DNA of 60,545 nt, taken from Erysipelotrichaceae bacterium. Lineage in GTDB: Bacteria > Bacillota_I > Bacilli_A > Erysipelotrichales > Erysipelotrichaceae. The notes under the pieces were generated by a model, which was not told the DNA's origin, searched no databases, and worked only from the letters and a program-made list of their open reading frames with translations. The DNA lies in the NCBI GenBank assembly GCA_045599505.1, contig JAZRWC010000067.1:1-60545 (forward strand), read 5' to 3'. Positions 58,137 through 60,545 of this stretch are shown here, one piece after another (the first letter of the stretch is position 1; every line of letters starts with the position of its first letter). The position numbers and the translations under genes are program-made.

Positions 58137-59009
58137 ATGACAGACATGCAAAATCAAAGTCAGGATGTATCCTATAAATATTGTGTCGCTGTAAAGTTTA
58201 ATGGTTCCAAAAAAGCCTACAACTTCGGTACTAATAGTGAAGACTTTAACTATGGAGACAAAGTAATTGTTGAAACAGTTAGAGGTTTAGAACTAGGCGA
58301 ATTAATAAGTGATGTTAGAGATAGTTCGTTAAGCACTACATCATTATCTTTAAAGCCTATCTTAAGAAAAGCTACTTACGAAGACGAACAACAGCACAAA
58401 CGTAATATTGATGACGTTCCTGAATTATTATCAAAATGTCAGGATTGTATCGATGCACTATCATTAGATATGCATTTAATCAGTGCTGAATATACATTAG
58501 ATAGAACTAAAGTAATCTTCTCTTATGTTGCTGATGAGAGAGTTGACTTTAGAGAATTATTAAAATCACTAGCTGCAACATTCAAATGCCGCATTGAGTT
58601 AAGACAGATTGGTCCTAGAGATAAGGCTAAGATTGTTGGTGGATTAGGAAATTGCGGTATGGAAACTTGTTGCTCTAGATTCTTAGATGATTTTGATATC
58701 GTATCTATCAATATGGCTAAAAACCAATTATTAGCTTTAAATACAGCTAAGTTATCAGGACAATGTGGTAAGCTAATGTGCTGTTTAAAGTTTGAAGATG
58801 ACACATACAAAGAACTAAGAAAAGGCTTACCTAAAATGAACGCAGCTGTTTATTATCAGAACGAAAGATATCGTGTTACAAGCATGAATATTTTAAATAA
58901 CAGTGCTCATTTAGCTAACAAGGAAAGTGCTGTTGATATTTCTTTAGATGAGTTAAAGCTACTAGTTTCTGATAAAAAAGAGCCAACAAAAAGTGATACA
59001 AAGGGTTAA
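58137..59009 (+). CDS. ricT: PSP1 domain protein YaaT/RicT (stage 0 sporulation / regulatory iron-sulfur complex)
   Basis: The PSP1 core and the C-terminal Cys cluster GNCGMETCCSRFL...GQCGKLMCCLKFE. A GGAGG RBS precedes the ATG at 58137. Confidence 0.85.
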   Translation: MTDMQNQSQDVSYKYCVAVKFNGSKKAYNFGTNSEDFNYGDKVIVETVRGLELGELISDVRDSSLSTTSLSLKPILRKATYEDEQQHKRNIDDVPELLSKCQDCIDALSLDMHLISAEYTLDRTKVIFSYVADERVDFRELLKSLAATFKCRIELRQIGPRDKAKIVGGLGNCGMETCCSRFLDDFDIVSINMAKNQLLALNTAKLSGQCGKLMCCLKFEDDTYKELRKGLPKMNAAVYYQNERYRVTSMNILNNSAHLANKESAVDISLDELKLLVSDKKEPTKSDTKG

Positions 59010-59031
59010 TGAACACTGAAGTGAACCCAAA

Positions 59032-59050
59032 AGTTTGGACAAAGAATTTA
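59032..59050 (+). repeat. IS left terminal inverted repeat
   Basis: See the mobile element entry. Confidence 0.75.
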
Positions 59051-59109
59051 TTATGATAGGCTAGCCTATCATAATAAATTTCGCGCCAGATGGGAGGGTT
59101 CATTTTTAT

Positions 59110-59622
59110 ATGGCAAAACTAACAATAGAGGATAAAAAAGAAATTGTGAGGCTTAGACTAGAAGAAGGAATGTCTTATTTAGATTTATCTATAAGATTCG
59201 GAATTAGAAAGCATAACATAGTAATGCTTGTCAAAAAGTATAAATTACATGGGGAGAAGATATTTGAAAAATCACGTAGAACATTTACTCCAGAAATAAA
59301 GCTTGAAATAATCAACAGAGTTATGAATGGAGAATCTAAAACTTCTTTAGCTATAGAATATTTAATCACAGAAGCTATGATAATAGATTGGCTTAAAAGA
59401 TACGAAGAAAATGGTTATAATGGTCTTAAGAATAAACCGAAAGGAAGACCATCAGCCATGAGAAAGAAAAAAGAAGAAATAGTATATGATGATCCAAAAG
59501 ACAAGGAACTGGCTGTATTAAAACAGCGAAATCTTGAGCTTGAGGCAGAGGTAGAAGCACTAAAAAAATTGAGAGCCTTGGTTCTACAAAGGAACGCGCA
59601 ACAACTAAAGAAAAAACAATAG
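59110..59622 (+). CDS. IS3-family transposase OrfA (HTH + leucine-zipper region)
   Basis: HTH regions, then the coiled segment LAVLKQRNLELEAEVEALKKLRAL. It ends just after the AAGAAAAAAC slippery run. Confidence 0.85.
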   Translation: MAKLTIEDKKEIVRLRLEEGMSYLDLSIRFGIRKHNIVMLVKKYKLHGEKIFEKSRRTFTPEIKLEIINRVMNGESKTSLAIEYLITEAMIIDWLKRYEENGYNGLKNKPKGRPSAMRKKKEEIVYDDPKDKELAVLKQRNLELEAEVEALKKLRALVLQRNAQQLKKKQ

Positions 59623-60512
59623 TTGTAACAGAACTAAGGTCAAAATATGAACTGCGCATTCTTTTAAAGGTAGTTGGATTAAAGAAATCAACATATTACT
59701 ACGCCCTAAAATCAATGAAAGAAGATAAAAACGCTGATATTAAGGAAATAATTAATCAGATATTCTATGAGAATTACTCAAGACAGGGTTACAGGCCAAT
59801 AACACTTGAATTAAGAAACAGGGGTCTAGTTGTTAATCACAAGAAGGTAAAAAGACTAATGAAGCTTATGGGACTATATGCGGTATGTCCTAAAGCTAAA
59901 TATAAGTCATATAAAGGTGATATGAATGGTACTGTAAAGAATCTTCTTCTTCTTGATAAAAAGGTTGATGAAGAAAACCATAAGACAACATATACTCAGA
60001 ATTTCTCAACGACTACTGTAAACCAGAAATAGACTACAGATGTTAGCGAATTCCATATATCAGATGGTAAACTTTATCTTTCGCCAATACTTGATATGCA
60101 CAATAATGAGATAGTGGGATTTGATATTTCAAAAACACCTGACTACTCACAGATCAAGCGAATGCTTGATATGGCTTTTTCAAAATATGAGGATCTTAAA
60201 GGTCTTATCTTTCATAGTGATCAGGGATGGCAGTATCAGATGCAGCCTTATCATAAGGCATTAGCTGACAGAGGAATTATTCAGTCGATGAGCAGAAAGG
60301 GAAACTGTATGGATAACGGAATCATGGAACAGTTCTTTGGAAAGATGAAGAATGAGATGTTCTATGGTCATGAGAATGATTTCAAATCTCTAGATGAATT
60401 ATATAAAGCCATGGTTGATTATATCGATTATTACAACAATAAGAGAATTACGGTAAAGTTAAAAGGCTTAACCCCTTGCCAGGCAAGGAATCAAGCCTTA
60501 TCATTAACTTAA
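59613..60512 (+). pseudogene. IS3-family transposase OrfB (-1 frame), interrupted by an in-frame TAG at 60030-60032
   Basis: The -1 frame reads KTIVVTELRSKYELRILLKVVGLKKSTYYY...NQK-TAG-TTDVSEFHISDGKLYLSPILDMHNNEIVGFDIS...HSDQGWQY...NCMDNGIMEQFFGKMKNE (DDE). The TAG sits where IS3 transposases have Trp (NQKW.TD). Confidence 0.8.
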
Positions 60513-60521
60513 TATTTTTTA

Positions 60522-60540
60522 GTCCAACTTTTTGGGTTCA
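60522..60540 (+). repeat. IS right terminal inverted repeat
   Basis: The reverse complement TGAACCCAAAAAGTTGGAC matches the left end. Confidence 0.75.
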
Positions 60541-60545
60541 GGACA

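Larger units (their letters stand above)
59032..60540 (+). mobile_element. IS3-family (IS150-like) insertion sequence, about 1.5 kb
   Basis: Terminal inverted repeats TGAACCCAAAAGTTTGGAC (59032-59050) and GTCCAACTTTTTGGGTTCA (60522-60540) match at 17 of 19 positions, with TG...CA ends. An orfA/orfB arrangement has an A6 slippery run. orfB carries an rve DDE core. Confidence 0.85.

Noticed and set aside
1984-59659. Numerous 60-143-aa track ORFs antisense to long genes. Examples: 1984..2340, 2857..3063, 3589..3900, 5966..6148, 7918..8133, 8551..8739, 9772..10056, 10615..10818, 19728..19910, 22522..22746, 29859..30074, 31850..32080, 34092..34307, 38222..38521, 40319..40573, 41990..42226, 44591..44791, 45414..45629, 47777..47968, 48919..49113, 52239..52565, 52608..53039, 53882..54094, 54879..55082, 55709..55933, 58523..58810, 58915..59103, 59175..59369 and 59426..59659.
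   Set aside because: They are shadow ORFs fully embedded opposite confidently identified genes. They have low-complexity or hydrophobic composition and no RBS.
1-60545. CRISPR arrays, tRNA or rRNA genes, prophage modules, toxin-antitoxin or known defence systems.
   Set aside because: I saw no spaced direct repeats, cloverleaf-like GC-rich 75-nt islands, rRNA-like sequence, or phage, integrase or defence-type ORFs. The only mobile element is the IS3-family copy at the right edge.

Overview
The window is AT-rich, about one-third G+C by eye, and densely packed with housekeeping genes. Its hallmarks are those of Bacillota (Firmicutes): T-box and S-box leaders, tmk-holB-yaaT, ftsEX, glgBCDAP and HPr with cre-like boxes. 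An Erysipelotrichia- or Clostridia-like gut anaerobe is my guess only.

Gene content, left to right:
- a GNAT acetyltransferase and a PLC-like gene
- a metal-efflux operon (HMA protein, P-type ATPase, ArsR repressor) with a perfect palindromic operator
- maf-uvrB-NUDIX, then an S41 protease
- a redox cluster (PNPOx, OYE-type reductase, nitroreductase)
- ftsE-ftsX followed by a coiled-coil M23 peptidase
- DUF2207 plus a permuted-papain protein
- a NUDIX-mutarotase fusion
- a large glycogen locus (glgB-glgP-pulA-ung-folC and glgC-glgD-glgA)
- a MATE transporter, an M28 peptidase, ptsH, an MFS transporter and murA
- rpmE, nucleoside hydrolases, prfA-prmC, an asparaginase and rlmH
- metG with a Met T-box leader
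- a SAM-riboswitch-controlled miniature MetK-like gene
- an ECF sigma/anti-sigma pair, tmk-holB-yaaT and an IS3-family element at the right edge

The stand-out feature is an intergenic island of about 760 nt at roughly 36033-36792 on the minus strand. It is GC-rich and strongly G-over-C skewed. It has a near-consensus promoter and an intrinsic terminator, no ORF on the transcribed strand, and about ten GNRA-capped hairpins. I read it as a large ornate structured ncRNA. I cannot assign its family without covariance-model searches; it could be OLE/ROOL/GOLLD-like or new.

Secondary points of interest:
- single in-frame TAG codons interrupt an otherwise intact metG and the IS3 orfB
- a 265-aa MetK-like protein sits behind a SAM-I-type riboswitch that appears to lack P4
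- several unusual fusions and decayed genes

I saw no CRISPR array, tRNA or rRNA gene, prophage or recognisable defence system.
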